NCBI GenBank assembly: GCA_964538915.1
Contig: CAZIFB010000009.1
Coordinates: 51,506 to 115,505 of the forward strand
Origin: an uncultured candidatus Brocadiaceae bacterium
GTDB taxonomy: Bacteria > Planctomycetota > UBA1135 > UBA2386
Length of the DNA: 64,000 nt
Direction of reading: 5' to 3'
A model generated the notes under the pieces. That model did not search any database, had not been told where the DNA came from, and saw only the letters and a program-made list of their open reading frames with translations. Shown here piece after piece: positions 1-9,096 of the stretch. The first letter of the stretch is position 1; each line of letters starts with the position of its first letter. A program made the translations under genes and the position numbers.

Positions 1-963
1 CTGCTGCGCGCGGGGCCGGTGCAGGACGGCGTGCTGCACGGCGATCTCTTCCTGCTGGGCCACGGCGACCCGACGCTCGGCACGGCGGTCCCGGGCGCCG
101 CGTCGATGCAGCCCTTCGTCGAGGCCGTGCTCGCGTCCGGCGTGCGCCGGATCGAGGGCCGCGTGTACGGCGACGACGGCTGGCTCGGCGACGAACATCT
201 CGGGCGCGGCTGGCAGTGGGACCACCTGCGAGAAGACTTCGCTGCGCCGTTCGGTGCGCTGTGCTGGCGCGGCAACGTCGACGAAGGCGGCGTGCCCGTG
301 CGCGAGCCGGCGATCGCGGCGGCCGCGGCGCTCGTCGCCGCGCTGCGAGCCGCGGGCGTCGGGTGCGGCGAACCGGCGGCGGGCGTCGCGCCTCCGCGCG
401 CCGAGGCGGTGCACGTCGTGTACTCGGCGCCGCTCGCGGGTCTGCTGCCGCGCATGCTCGGCGACAGCGACAACCTCTACGCGGAGCAGTTCTGGCGCGC
501 GGCGGCGCGCGTTGCGACGGGCGACGGGTCGTCGTCGGCGGCCGAAGCGCACGGCAAGGACGTGCTGGCGCGGTTCGGCGTCGACGCTGCGGGGCTCGCG
601 TACGAAGACGGCTCCGGCCTGTCGCGGCGCGACCTCGTGCAGCCGATGCAGGTCGCGCGCACGCTGTTCGCCATGCTGCGATCGCCGGATCGTGCGGTGT
701 TCGAGGCCGCGTTGCCGCTCGCGGGCGTCTCGGGCACTCTCGCGACGCGCCTCGTCGACGGACCGGCGCACGGCAACGTGCGGGCGAAGACGGGCTCGCT
801 CTCGCGTGTCGCCTGCCTGTCGGGCTGGGCGCCGCGGGACGGGCACGAGCCGTTCGTGTTCAGCGTGCTGTGGAACGACTTCCCGGCGGAGGACGACGTC
901 GCGCGGGCGGTGATCGACGCGTTCGTGCAGGAACTCGCCGCCGCGGCCGCTGTCAGAAGGTGA
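1..963 (+). CDS. dacB: D-alanyl-D-alanine carboxypeptidase/endopeptidase (peptidase S13, PBP4), 5'-truncated by window edge
   Basis: GDLFLLGHGDPTL, SDNLYAE (SxN), DGSGLSR and RAKTGSL (KTG) motifs typical of S13; frame is open from base 1. Confidence 0.9.
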   Translation: MLRAGPVQDGVLHGDLFLLGHGDPTLGTAVPGAASMQPFVEAVLASGVRRIEGRVYGDDGWLGDEHLGRGWQWDHLREDFAAPFGALCWRGNVDEGGVPVREPAIAAAAALVAALRAAGVGCGEPAAGVAPPRAEAVHVVYSAPLAGLLPRMLGDSDNLYAEQFWRAAARVATGDGSSSAAEAHGKDVLARFGVDAAGLAYEDGSGLSRRDLVQPMQVARTLFAMLRSPDRAVFEAALPLAGVSGTLATRLVDGPAHGNVRAKTGSLSRVACLSGWAPRDGHEPFVFSVLWNDFPAEDDVARAVIDAFVQELAAAAAVRR

Positions 964-1765
964 GCGAAGCGCCGATCACGAAGCCGTCGAGGATCAGGTC
1001 CGCGTCGTAGCGGAAGCCGTCGTTGGTTCCCTCGGCCGGCAGTTCGCTGTAGCGCCACCCGGCGAAGAATGCGACGTCGCGCATCGGCATCGAGTACGAG
1101 AGGCGGAGTTCGAGATCCTGCAGCGTGCCTTCGAAGTCGCCGCCGAGCGACAGCTCGGGCGAGATCGCGTATTCGGCGTCGATCGCGAACTCGCGCCACG
1201 AGACCCGCGCGCGCGCCGCCGGGTAGACCGTGTCGCCGTCCATGTCCACGCGCTGCTGACGCACACCGTCGGTCGTGCGGCCGCGCAGCGTCGCGTTGCG
1301 GTGGGCGAAGACGGCGCCGATCCCGAACTGGAAGGCCACGGGTCGTTCGCGCACCGACGTCTTCCAGTTCACGATCGGTTCCACGTAGCCGATGCGGATC
1401 TCGTCCATCTCCGCCGTCATCTGCACCGGGTCGCCCGCGAGCAACTGGCCGAAGTCGCCTGCGAGCACACCGTTGGTCGTCGTGTCCTGGTCGAGCTGGT
1501 AGTAGTCGGCGCGGAAGCCGCCGAAGCCGTCGCCGATGTCGACGCGGATGCCGAAGTCCTCGCGGTAGTGATCCTGTCCGAACGTGCGCAGCGTCTCGCG
1601 GCCGTTGTCCTGCAGCGTGCCCGGCGTCGGCGCCGACTGCATCGCGACGTCGCCGCGGACCTGGTACACCGCGAGGTACGGCGACACGAGGATGTGCGGC
1701 TCGGCCGTGGTCAGGGTGCAACTCGTCGCGAGGCTCGCGGCGCCGAGGAGGACGAGGGTTCGCAT
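953..1765 (-). CDS. Putative outer-membrane beta-barrel protein with lipoprotein-like signal
   Basis: N-terminal hydrophobic stretch with LATSC; alternating beta-strand pattern; C-terminal Phe (GFVIGASLTF); TAGCCT 6 nt upstream of ATG. Confidence 0.6.
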   Translation of the reverse strand: MRTLVLLGAASLATSCTLTTAEPHILVSPYLAVYQVRGDVAMQSAPTPGTLQDNGRETLRTFGQDHYREDFGIRVDIGDGFGGFRADYYQLDQDTTTNGVLAGDFGQLLAGDPVQMTAEMDEIRIGYVEPIVNWKTSVRERPVAFQFGIGAVFAHRNATLRGRTTDGVRQQRVDMDGDTVYPAARARVSWREFAIDAEYAISPELSLGGDFEGTLQDLELRLSYSMPMRDVAFFAGWRYSELPAEGTNDGFRYDADLILDGFVIGASLTF

Positions 1766-1855
1766 CGCAGAAGGCTAGGAGGCGACGCGGGTCGGAGAAA
1801 GCGCGGCGTCGGCGTCGCGCTTGCTTCCCGTCGCGGTCACGCCGAAGCTCCGCGG

Positions 1856-2560
1856 ATGACCGAAGCCTTCCTCGAACGCGACTTCAAGGCCTACGAGAAG
1901 CACCGCCAGGACGACCCCGAGTACAACGCGCTGCGCCTCAGTGTGCGGCGGAAGCTGAAGGCGATGGTCGACGGCGTCGCGAAGGAGGCGAAGGCGCTCG
2001 GCACCGAGCTGTCCGCGCAGGCGGGGCTGCACCATCCGTACACGTTCAACGCGTACCGCGTCCGCGAACAGCGCGCCTACCTGTGCCGCGGCACGAAGGA
2101 GCGGAAGAAGCTCGGCGCGTTCTTCGGCGAGGCGCTCGGCAAGGACGCCGAAACCCACTACATCCAGACCGTGCTCGAGGTGTGCATCGACGACGCGATC
2201 GTCGAGGCGGCGCTGCGCATCCATCCGCAGGCGTGGTGGGACGGCGAGAACCTGAAGAAGAAGCTGCTGAACGACCCGGCCAAGCTCGAGGAGTTCTGCG
2301 TGCTGCTGCGGGCGCTGCCGACGGGTTTCAACCTCAAGCTGCACGACTGGAAGAAGGACCACTGGTGTGCCAGCGCGAAGGCGAGCGAGGTGAAGGAGCT
2401 GTTCACCCACTACACGCCCGGCAACCACTGGCTGCACGTGCAGCGGCAACTGCCGAAGGAAGACGCGGTCGGGATGGGGATGGAGGCCGAGAAGTGGGTG
2501 AGCGCGTCGTTGCTCGCGCTTCTGCCGGTCTACAAGTTCACGCTGTGGGAGCCGAGCTGA
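1856..2560 (+). CDS. Hypothetical cytoplasmic protein, possibly YktB/DUF1054-like
   Basis: Start reassigned to MTEAFLERDF at 1856; strong GC3 codon bias; N-terminal F..DF and C-terminal LLPVY.F recall DUF1054. Confidence 0.45.
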   Translation: MTEAFLERDFKAYEKHRQDDPEYNALRLSVRRKLKAMVDGVAKEAKALGTELSAQAGLHHPYTFNAYRVREQRAYLCRGTKERKKLGAFFGEALGKDAETHYIQTVLEVCIDDAIVEAALRIHPQAWWDGENLKKKLLNDPAKLEEFCVLLRALPTGFNLKLHDWKKDHWCASAKASEVKELFTHYTPGNHWLHVQRQLPKEDAVGMGMEAEKWVSASLLALLPVYKFTLWEPS

Positions 2561-2589
2561 GGCGCGTAGCGCCGGGAAGGCCCCGACTC

Positions 2590-5310
2590 TCAGAGTCGTG
2601 ATGTTCTGGCGGCACGCAGCCCAAGGCGCGAGTGGCGGAGCGCGGGCGAGAATTGGCCACGGGTTCCCGACTCCGCCATGACAGGATCGCCGTCCCAGCA
2701 GCCACCTCGGACACATCGGGAGACGGAGCCGCCAGCGGGGTCTGGTCGACGGCCATCGCCTACCCGCTCGGGCCCGTAGTCTGAGTGCTCGTCGAGGCAC
2801 CACTCCCAGAGGCTGCCGCCCATGTCGAACAGCCCTCGGCCGTTTGCCCTCCAAGAGCCCACGGGCAGCACCTGGTTGTGGTTCACGCCTTCGGCTGCCT
2901 CGATGGCCGCTCGGTCGTCGCCTGTCCACCAGTTCGTCGTTGTGCCCGCGCGAACCCCGTATTCCCACTGCAGCTCGCTCGGCAGTGTGAGTCCGTGTGC
3001 GCGGAGCACGGGCTCTGCATCGAGCCAGCTCACGCGCTCGACCGGCAAGGCAAGATCGTTCCGGGTCTTGCTGTCGCTCGGATTCTCGTCGGTCCAGCGA
3101 ACCCACTGGCCCTGTGTCACTTCGTACTTGCCGAGGAAGAACGGATCGAGTCGCACCGTGAGCCGCTTCTTCGCGCCTTCGTCGTCGGCGGGCGTGCCCT
3201 GGGGCAATGTGCCGCCCGGCAGCAGCACGAACACGATGCCCGTGTCTCCGGTGACCTTGATCCGCCCGTCCGGCTCGTGCGTCGGAATCGGCAGCGTCGC
3301 TGGGTCCTGCACGCCGTCCCACGCACTGCGCAGGTCGTAGAACTCCCACAGCTTCGACTGCGGGTTCATGCCGATCGGCACGAGGCCCCACACGTCTTCG
3401 TCGCGCAGCGGAATGTCCTGGCCCTTGTAGAGTTCGTTCGCGACGACCCCGTCGGCCCTCGCGATCGCCGCGCGCGCCTCGGCCCAAGTGTGCTTCGCGT
3501 TCGGGTGCGCGAGAGTCAGCGGACCAACGCTCTTCGCCCAACGGCCACGGCGTGCCATGTCCGGCACAAGCTTCTCGAGATCTGGAAGGCGCTCGAGGAG
3601 GTCTCGCAGGGACCTCTCGAGGAAGCGTTCCGCGGCGAGTGACGCAGCGTCGCCCGTCGTCGCACCAACCACCACACCATCGCGGTAGGTGACGGACCAG
3701 CTTCCTGCGCTGCGTTGGAGTGACCGGACCACGGCCGACGCATCCGCCTTCTTCTGCAGCAGGAAGGTCGCCCTCTCGAGCCAGTCTTCGATCAGCGCAA
3801 CTTGCTCAGGCGCCCCGGGCGTCAGCTCCGGCTCCGTCTCGAGCAGCCGCTCCAAGTCGACCACGAGGGAGAGCTGGTTGAACTGCGCAACCTTGCCCTC
3901 GACGAAGATCTTCTGCTCTTCCGCCTCCTCTCGCGCTGCGTTCGCGTCGCTGGCGTAGGTCGAGGTGCCGACGAGGCCGAGTACCAAGATGAGCGCCGTC
4001 GCCGCGAGGCTCGCCGCGAGCGCCTTGTTGCGGCGCACCCACAGATTCATCTCGACCAGCGCGCCGGTTCGGTACGCCTTCACCACGCGCTGCGCGAGGA
4101 AGGCGCGCAGGTCGTTCGACAGCTCCGTGACGCTCGCGAAGCGTTCCCCTCGATCGCGGGCCATCGCCTTCTCGACGATCGCCACCAGCTCCGCTGGCAC
4201 TCCCTTCCGCACGTCCTCGATGCGCTTGGGTGGGCCCTCGACGACGTCGTTCAGGATCCGGTACGCCGGCTGGCGCACGCCGGGCGTCACGTACGGTGCG
4301 CGCCCGGTCAGCAGCTCGTACATCATCGCGCCGATCGCGTAGACGTCGGCGCGCACGTCGAGCTCCTCGCTGCGCGCCTGCTCCGGCGGCATGTAGCTCG
4401 GCGTGCCGAGCTGCTGGCCGTCCATCGACACCACCGACGACGCGGTGTCGGTCTCCGCGTCGCGCCGTCGCGCCGACTCGATCTTCGACGCGCCGGTGCC
4501 GGGGTCCTTCGCGATGCGCAGGTCGTGGCGATCGGTCTGGCCGAGCACTTTGGCGAGGCCCCAGTCCATCACGTAGACCTCGCCGAAGCGGCCGACCATC
4601 ACGTTGCTCGGCTTGAGGTCGCGGTGCAGCACGCCCTTGTCGTGCGCGTAGGCCATCGTGTCGCAGACCTTCAGCACGACCTCGAGCGCGCGCGTGAGCG
4701 GCCACTGCTCGTGTCCCGCGAACGCGTCGGCGAACACGTCGCTCGCGGTGCGGCCCTTCACGAGGCGCATCGTGAAGTAGACCTTGCCCGTCGCGTCGAG
4801 ACCGAGTTCGTGCACCGGTACGACGCCCGGATGGTCGAGCTGGCTCGTGACCTGCGCTTCTTCGAGGAACCGCCCGAGCAGCTGGTTCGCGAGGCGCTTC
4901 TCGTCGTCGTCGCGCGGTGCCGCGCGTTCGAGGAGCACCTTCATCGCGACCCGGCGGTTCAGCAGGCGATCGTGGATTCGCAGCACGGCGCCCATGCCGC
5001 CCTTGCCGACCTCGGTCTCGAGCGCGAAGCGATCGACGTCGAGTTTCGGCGCCTTGCCCAGCTTCGCCAGCAGCTCGCCGGTCGCGGTCGACTGCACGCG
5101 CTCGCGTCCACCCGATGCGTCGCCGACGAGCGTCGCGTCGTCGTTCGTCGTCGAACGCAGCAGCGCCATCGCCTCCGCGGCGAGAGTCTCGTCCGGCGCG
5201 TTCGCTCGGAGGAACGCTTCACGCTCCCCGGGCGGCAGCGCGGTGGCGGCGGAGACCAGTTGCTGCAGCTTCGTCTGCCGCGAGCGGGAATCGTCGGCGT
5301 TGGCGGTCAT
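2590..5310 (-). CDS. Membrane Ser/Thr protein kinase with C-terminal FGE-sulfatase (C-type lectin fold) domain
   Basis: GKGGMG, VAMK, HRDLKPSN, DWG, GTPSYMPPEQ; one TM helix; FFLGKYEVTQGQW, LPSELQWEY, DMGGSLWEW, RGGCW, GLRAAR; start set at MTANADD. Confidence 0.9.
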   Translation of the reverse strand: MTANADDSRSRQTKLQQLVSAATALPPGEREAFLRANAPDETLAAEAMALLRSTTNDDATLVGDASGGRERVQSTATGELLAKLGKAPKLDVDRFALETEVGKGGMGAVLRIHDRLLNRRVAMKVLLERAAPRDDDEKRLANQLLGRFLEEAQVTSQLDHPGVVPVHELGLDATGKVYFTMRLVKGRTASDVFADAFAGHEQWPLTRALEVVLKVCDTMAYAHDKGVLHRDLKPSNVMVGRFGEVYVMDWGLAKVLGQTDRHDLRIAKDPGTGASKIESARRRDAETDTASSVVSMDGQQLGTPSYMPPEQARSEELDVRADVYAIGAMMYELLTGRAPYVTPGVRQPAYRILNDVVEGPPKRIEDVRKGVPAELVAIVEKAMARDRGERFASVTELSNDLRAFLAQRVVKAYRTGALVEMNLWVRRNKALAASLAATALILVLGLVGTSTYASDANAAREEAEEQKIFVEGKVAQFNQLSLVVDLERLLETEPELTPGAPEQVALIEDWLERATFLLQKKADASAVVRSLQRSAGSWSVTYRDGVVVGATTGDAASLAAERFLERSLRDLLERLPDLEKLVPDMARRGRWAKSVGPLTLAHPNAKHTWAEARAAIARADGVVANELYKGQDIPLRDEDVWGLVPIGMNPQSKLWEFYDLRSAWDGVQDPATLPIPTHEPDGRIKVTGDTGIVFVLLPGGTLPQGTPADDEGAKKRLTVRLDPFFLGKYEVTQGQWVRWTDENPSDSKTRNDLALPVERVSWLDAEPVLRAHGLTLPSELQWEYGVRAGTTTNWWTGDDRAAIEAAEGVNHNQVLPVGSWRANGRGLFDMGGSLWEWCLDEHSDYGPERVGDGRRPDPAGGSVSRCVRGGCWDGDPVMAESGTRGQFSPALRHSRLGLRAARTSRL

Positions 5311-5391
5311 GCCCTTCGTCGACCGGAAGTGTGGGGGCGGCGCTGCGCCGGGCAAGCCGCTTCCCCGGAAGGTGCGCTGGTCAGGTCCGGC

Positions 5392-6633
5392 TCACTGGCT
5401 CGGATACGTCGCCTTCACCCACTCCATCCACTTCGCGTCGAAGTCGAGGACCGAGACGCCGTAGGCCTCCTGCAGCGCCGTGCGGCAGGCGCCGACGATG
5501 TCGCGCTGGTCGGGGCCCCACTTCTCGTCGACTCGTCCCTTGATGGCGAAGAGGAACTTGCGCCACTTCTCCGGGCCCTGCGACATCAGCCAGTCCATGC
5601 GCGACCAGATCGCGACGTGGTCGTTGAACGTGATGCTGCCGAAGTCGCGCCACTGGAAGACCTCGGCGAACGTCGCGAACTTCGAGGGATTGGCGATCAT
5701 GCCGCGGCAGTAGACGTCCCACTTGGCGACGTTCTTCATGTCCGCGATCGAGCCTTCGTTCTGGTCGAAGTCCGAGTAGAGGATCGACACGCGGCGCTCG
5801 TGCCAGTGCGCGTACGCCTCGCGGATCCAGACGGGCAGGTCGTAGTTGTAGTAGCGGAACGAGTCGAGCAGGTTCTGGCTGATGTTGAAGACGAGCGAGC
5901 AGTGCAGCGCGGTGTCGTGTTTGCGCGGGAAGTCCTCGTTCTCCGTCGCGATCGCGAGCAGCAGGTTGCTCAGCTCCTTGAAGTGCCAGCGCTGCGCGTG
6001 CTTCGAGTCACGGCCGAGGTACTTCTTCATGTAGGCCTGGAAGGGCCCGAGCTTCTCGAACACGACCATGAGGAACTTGTCCTTCATGCCGAGGTACGGG
6101 CCGTAGCCCATGTACCGCGCGCCCGGCCGCGGATAGACCTTGGTCGAGTCGGTGGGGAAGTCCTCGTCCTTCACGCCCCACAGTTCCTGCGTCTCCGTGT
6201 AGAGCTTCTCCATCCGGTGCGCGGTGAGGTGCGCACGCAGCCATGGGTCGAGTACGCGCGTCTTCGGGTTGATGTCCGGGAGCTTCAGCGCCAGCTCCTC
6301 CAGTTCCGCCCTGATCTTGTTGCGCGTCTCGAGTTCGCCCGGCGGCACGTTCCACGCGGGCAGGTTGGTGCCGATGCGGAAGTGCTTCGTCTCGATCCAG
6401 AGGATCTGGATGTAGTCGATCGCGGCATCGACGTCGCTCGTCAGCACGGGCTTGTCCGCGATGCCGCCGAACGGGAACGGACCGAACGACACGTATCCGG
6501 CCTTCTCCAGGGCTTCGGGTTTGTTCTTCGTGTAGGGGTCGATGCGCCACTTCGGGAGTTTGTCCGTCGGGGTCTGCGCGCACAGGGCGGCGCCGAGGAG
6601 CGAGGCGACGAGAAGGGTGCGGGGGGCGTGCAT
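5392..6633 (-). CDS. Secreted hypothetical protein, gluzincin/peptidase MA-like fold lacking HExxH
   Basis: Signal peptide ending ALCAQ; LPVWIREAYAHWHE resembles P.W..EG.A..E; the expected HExxH position reads NISQN. Confidence 0.5.
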   Translation of the reverse strand: MHAPRTLLVASLLGAALCAQTPTDKLPKWRIDPYTKNKPEALEKAGYVSFGPFPFGGIADKPVLTSDVDAAIDYIQILWIETKHFRIGTNLPAWNVPPGELETRNKIRAELEELALKLPDINPKTRVLDPWLRAHLTAHRMEKLYTETQELWGVKDEDFPTDSTKVYPRPGARYMGYGPYLGMKDKFLMVVFEKLGPFQAYMKKYLGRDSKHAQRWHFKELSNLLLAIATENEDFPRKHDTALHCSLVFNISQNLLDSFRYYNYDLPVWIREAYAHWHERRVSILYSDFDQNEGSIADMKNVAKWDVYCRGMIANPSKFATFAEVFQWRDFGSITFNDHVAIWSRMDWLMSQGPEKWRKFLFAIKGRVDEKWGPDQRDIVGACRTALQEAYGVSVLDFDAKWMEWVKATYPSQ

Positions 6634-6675
6634 CGTGTGGTTCAGCGCGGAAGAACGGGGGGCCTGTCGGACCGT

Positions 6676-7554
6676 TCAGACCTTCTTCGCCCAGGCCTTG
6701 GCCATTTCGATGACCTGGAACACCGGCATGTTCTCGATCGGCGCCTCGTCGTGGAGCACGCGCATGGCGTTCACGGCCTCCTTCTTCACGGTGTGATCCG
6801 TTGCGTCGAGGTACGGACGGACCGAGCCGGCCTGGTCCTTGGTGGCGAGATAGCGGGCGAGGCGCAGACCGTTCGCCTGGTCGGGCACGGGGGCCTTGCC
6901 GATCGCCTCGAACACCCAGTTGCCCGCGTCGATGCTGCGGGCCGCGGGAAGCACCTCGGCGAGGATCGCCTGCACTTCCTGCCAGTGCGCCTTCGTGTAG
7001 GTCATGACCGGAGCGAGCGCGCCCTTGTCCTTCAGGGCGAGCGTGCCGAGTGCCGCATGGAACGCGGTCGACTCGTCCTTGTCCTTCATCGTGGCCTGCA
7101 GCACCGGCAGCAGCTCCGGGTCCGTGAAGCGGCACATGCGGACCGTGAGGTAGCGGCGCAGTTCGACGCGCGGCTTCTTGATCTCGCGTGCGACGAGCGC
7201 CGCGTGCTCCGGCCCGATCAGTCGATCGAGCACTTCGAAGATCGGGCGGTTCAGGTTGTCGGGGCGATCCGACGTCTCGAGCAGCAGGATCGGCACGGCG
7301 CCGGCGCCGAGGTCCGTCAGTGCCTTCTTCGCCGGGTCGTGCAGCGCGGCGTCGGGTTTGCGGAACTGGCCGATCAGGGCTCGCACACGATCCTTGTCGG
7401 TGTCCGCGAGCGTCGGCCACTCGGAGAGCTTCTCGACCTTCGCCGGCTTCTCGGTCGTTGCGGGCGCGTCGCCCTTCTGCGCGGGCAGCGCGGCTAGCAG
7501 GAGGCCGTGGGCCAGGAGGACGAACGCGTTGTGCGATGACGGCATGCGGTTCAC
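6676..7554 (-). CDS. Secreted HEAT/ARM-repeat-like protein
   Basis: Signal ending ALPAQ; helical repeats (LQATMKDKDESTAFHAALG, YLDATDHTVKKEAVNAM); GTG start overlaps upstream TGA (GTGA at 7551-7554). Confidence 0.6.
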   Translation of the reverse strand: MNRMPSSHNAFVLLAHGLLLAALPAQKGDAPATTEKPAKVEKLSEWPTLADTDKDRVRALIGQFRKPDAALHDPAKKALTDLGAGAVPILLLETSDRPDNLNRPIFEVLDRLIGPEHAALVAREIKKPRVELRRYLTVRMCRFTDPELLPVLQATMKDKDESTAFHAALGTLALKDKGALAPVMTYTKAHWQEVQAILAEVLPAARSIDAGNWVFEAIGKAPVPDQANGLRLARYLATKDQAGSVRPYLDATDHTVKKEAVNAMRVLHDEAPIENMPVFQVIEMAKAWAKKV

Positions 7555-8228
7555 GGCAGCTTCGGGAGGACGAGCCAGTTCGGGATCGCTTCGCGGAAAT
7601 CCGGGTGGACGAACGTCACCTTGCTCGCGACGCGCGCTTCCTCCGTGCGCAGCCACTCGAGCCACGCGGTGTTGTCGTGCGTGGAGAACGTGACGACCGT
7701 CGCTTCGGCGTAGTCACCGACCGTCGTCGCGTGCTCGTTGATCGAATTGCAGGCGGCCAGGACGTAGCCGAACGGCATCTCGATCGGCTGGCTCACGGAG
7801 CCAGTCAGCAGCGGATCGAACAGGAACATCCCGATCGGCAGCTTGGCCTGGCCGCGGGTCACGCGGGAACGTTTGACGTCCCGCATGGACCGCGTCTTGT
7901 TCTCGAGCTCCTCGATGTTCGTCGTGACGGAGCGCAGCGTCGTCGCCAGTTCGAGCTGTTTTGCGCGCTCGGCCGGGAACGCGCGCTGGGCGAGGCGCAG
8001 CGGCAGCAGGTGTTCTTCGAGGACGCGCAGCACCTTGGCCTTGCGCCCGCCTTCGGGGATGTAGCCGTCGAGGAACTTCAGGTACGGATCGAGTTCGGCG
8101 AACCCGATCGTGATGCCGTCGACGACGAGCAGGCGGGTCTCCGGAGGCGGCTCTTCGTGGCACGAAGGGAGTCCCAGGAGAGCGAACAACAGGGCCGTGG
8201 TTGCCTTGGTGCGGTGCATCGGGATCAC
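7551..8228 (-). CDS. Lipoprotein with degenerate PpiC/parvulin-like domain
   Basis: Lipobox LPSC; GSVSQPIEMPFGYVL matches the parvulin G.vS.Pi.t.fGyhi motif. Confidence 0.55.
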   Translation of the reverse strand: MIPMHRTKATTALLFALLGLPSCHEEPPPETRLLVVDGITIGFAELDPYLKFLDGYIPEGGRKAKVLRVLEEHLLPLRLAQRAFPAERAKQLELATTLRSVTTNIEELENKTRSMRDVKRSRVTRGQAKLPIGMFLFDPLLTGSVSQPIEMPFGYVLAACNSINEHATTVGDYAEATVVTFSTHDNTAWLEWLRTEEARVASKVTFVHPDFREAIPNWLVLPKLP

Positions 8229-8908
8229 GGTGTGTCGAGGGCGGCGAGGAAGGCGCCGACCGGGCCCGTGAGGTAGCGGTACGTCTCGTAGAGTAGCTCG
8301 GCGAACTGGGGGGCGTCACCGACGCCCACGGGGCCGGCGAAACTGCCCGTCGTTTCGACCCAGACCGAGCGCGGGTCCTGCGGCCACGTCTCGATGCGGA
8401 CCTGGAACGTGCTGCGTTCCCCCGGTGACTGCGGCAGCACGAGCCGTGCGCCGAGCGACTGCACCGGCCGGCCGAACTGTTGCCAGGCGTCGGCGCCGGG
8501 GGCTATCAGCCGGCGGCTCAGGAATTCGCGGCCGTCGCGGTAGTGGCGGGGCGTGATCAGCGAGCGGACCAGGAACTGCTGCGCCAGGGATGCGGGGATG
8601 CCGAGGGTCTGGAAGGTCGTCGTGGCGACGTTCACCATCCGCGTCGCGAAGTCCTCGACCGTGATGCCGCGCAGTTCCTCGCGCAGCACGAGCCGATCCC
8701 AAGCCAGACTCGCAGTCGAGATCTGGCCCGGCATCTGCGGGAGGTTGCTGAGGTGGATGCCGTCCGGCGCGACCTGGAAGTTCTGGTACCCGACCGCGGG
8801 CTTCTGGTAGAGCGTGTTGTGGACACTCTGGGCGAGGTCGGCGCGAAGCTGTTGCGGCGGGTGCAGCAGTTCGGCCGTGAAGGCGATCGTCCGGGGCTCG
8901 TAGCTCAT
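8225..8908 (-). CDS. Hypothetical cytoplasmic protein (TIGR04255-like alpha/beta fold, tentative)
   Basis: Good codon bias; first gene of a coupled four-gene run; TAGCAT 13 nt upstream; family resemblance only by overall pattern. Confidence 0.45.
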   Translation of the reverse strand: MSYEPRTIAFTAELLHPPQQLRADLAQSVHNTLYQKPAVGYQNFQVAPDGIHLSNLPQMPGQISTASLAWDRLVLREELRGITVEDFATRMVNVATTTFQTLGIPASLAQQFLVRSLITPRHYRDGREFLSRRLIAPGADAWQQFGRPVQSLGARLVLPQSPGERSTFQVRIETWPQDPRSVWVETTGSFAGPVGVGDAPQFAELLYETYRYLTGPVGAFLAALDTP

Positions 8909-9096
8909 CGGCGAGCGCCGGATGCTACGGGGCCTGTGGCGCAGGGGGCACGGCCTCGGAGCGAAAGATCGCGACTCGTCGGCGGGAGCAACGGCGCACC
9001 ACGACTCGGCCTGTCCGGGAGGTTTCGCCCCCTCGCCTCGTTTCGCGCGCCCGAGTCGCTAGACTGCCGCCCCCTTTCTCCGTCCAAACCACTCCG

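Noticed and set aside
2590-2800. Diversity-generating retroelement targeting the kinase-FGE genes
   Set aside because: No reverse transcriptase, avd or template repeat seen in the window; the two FGE 3' ends are not near-identical
2590-3300. Formylglycine-generating enzyme activity of the FGE domains
   Set aside because: The catalytic Cys pair of true FGE is not evident and no sulfatase is nearby; the domains are more plausibly binding modules
3802-7497. 1231-aa plus-strand ORF and many other long overlapping ORFs (e.g. 32728-36114, 50209-53403, 57383-60325)
   Set aside because: Antisense or shifted shadows of clear genes; stop codons are rare at this GC content; translations are Arg/Ala/Gly-rich with no motifs
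8971-9058. Three CGACTCG copies (two direct, one inverted) in the divergent intergenic region
   Set aside because: Short GC-rich 7-mers with irregular spacing; compatible with chance
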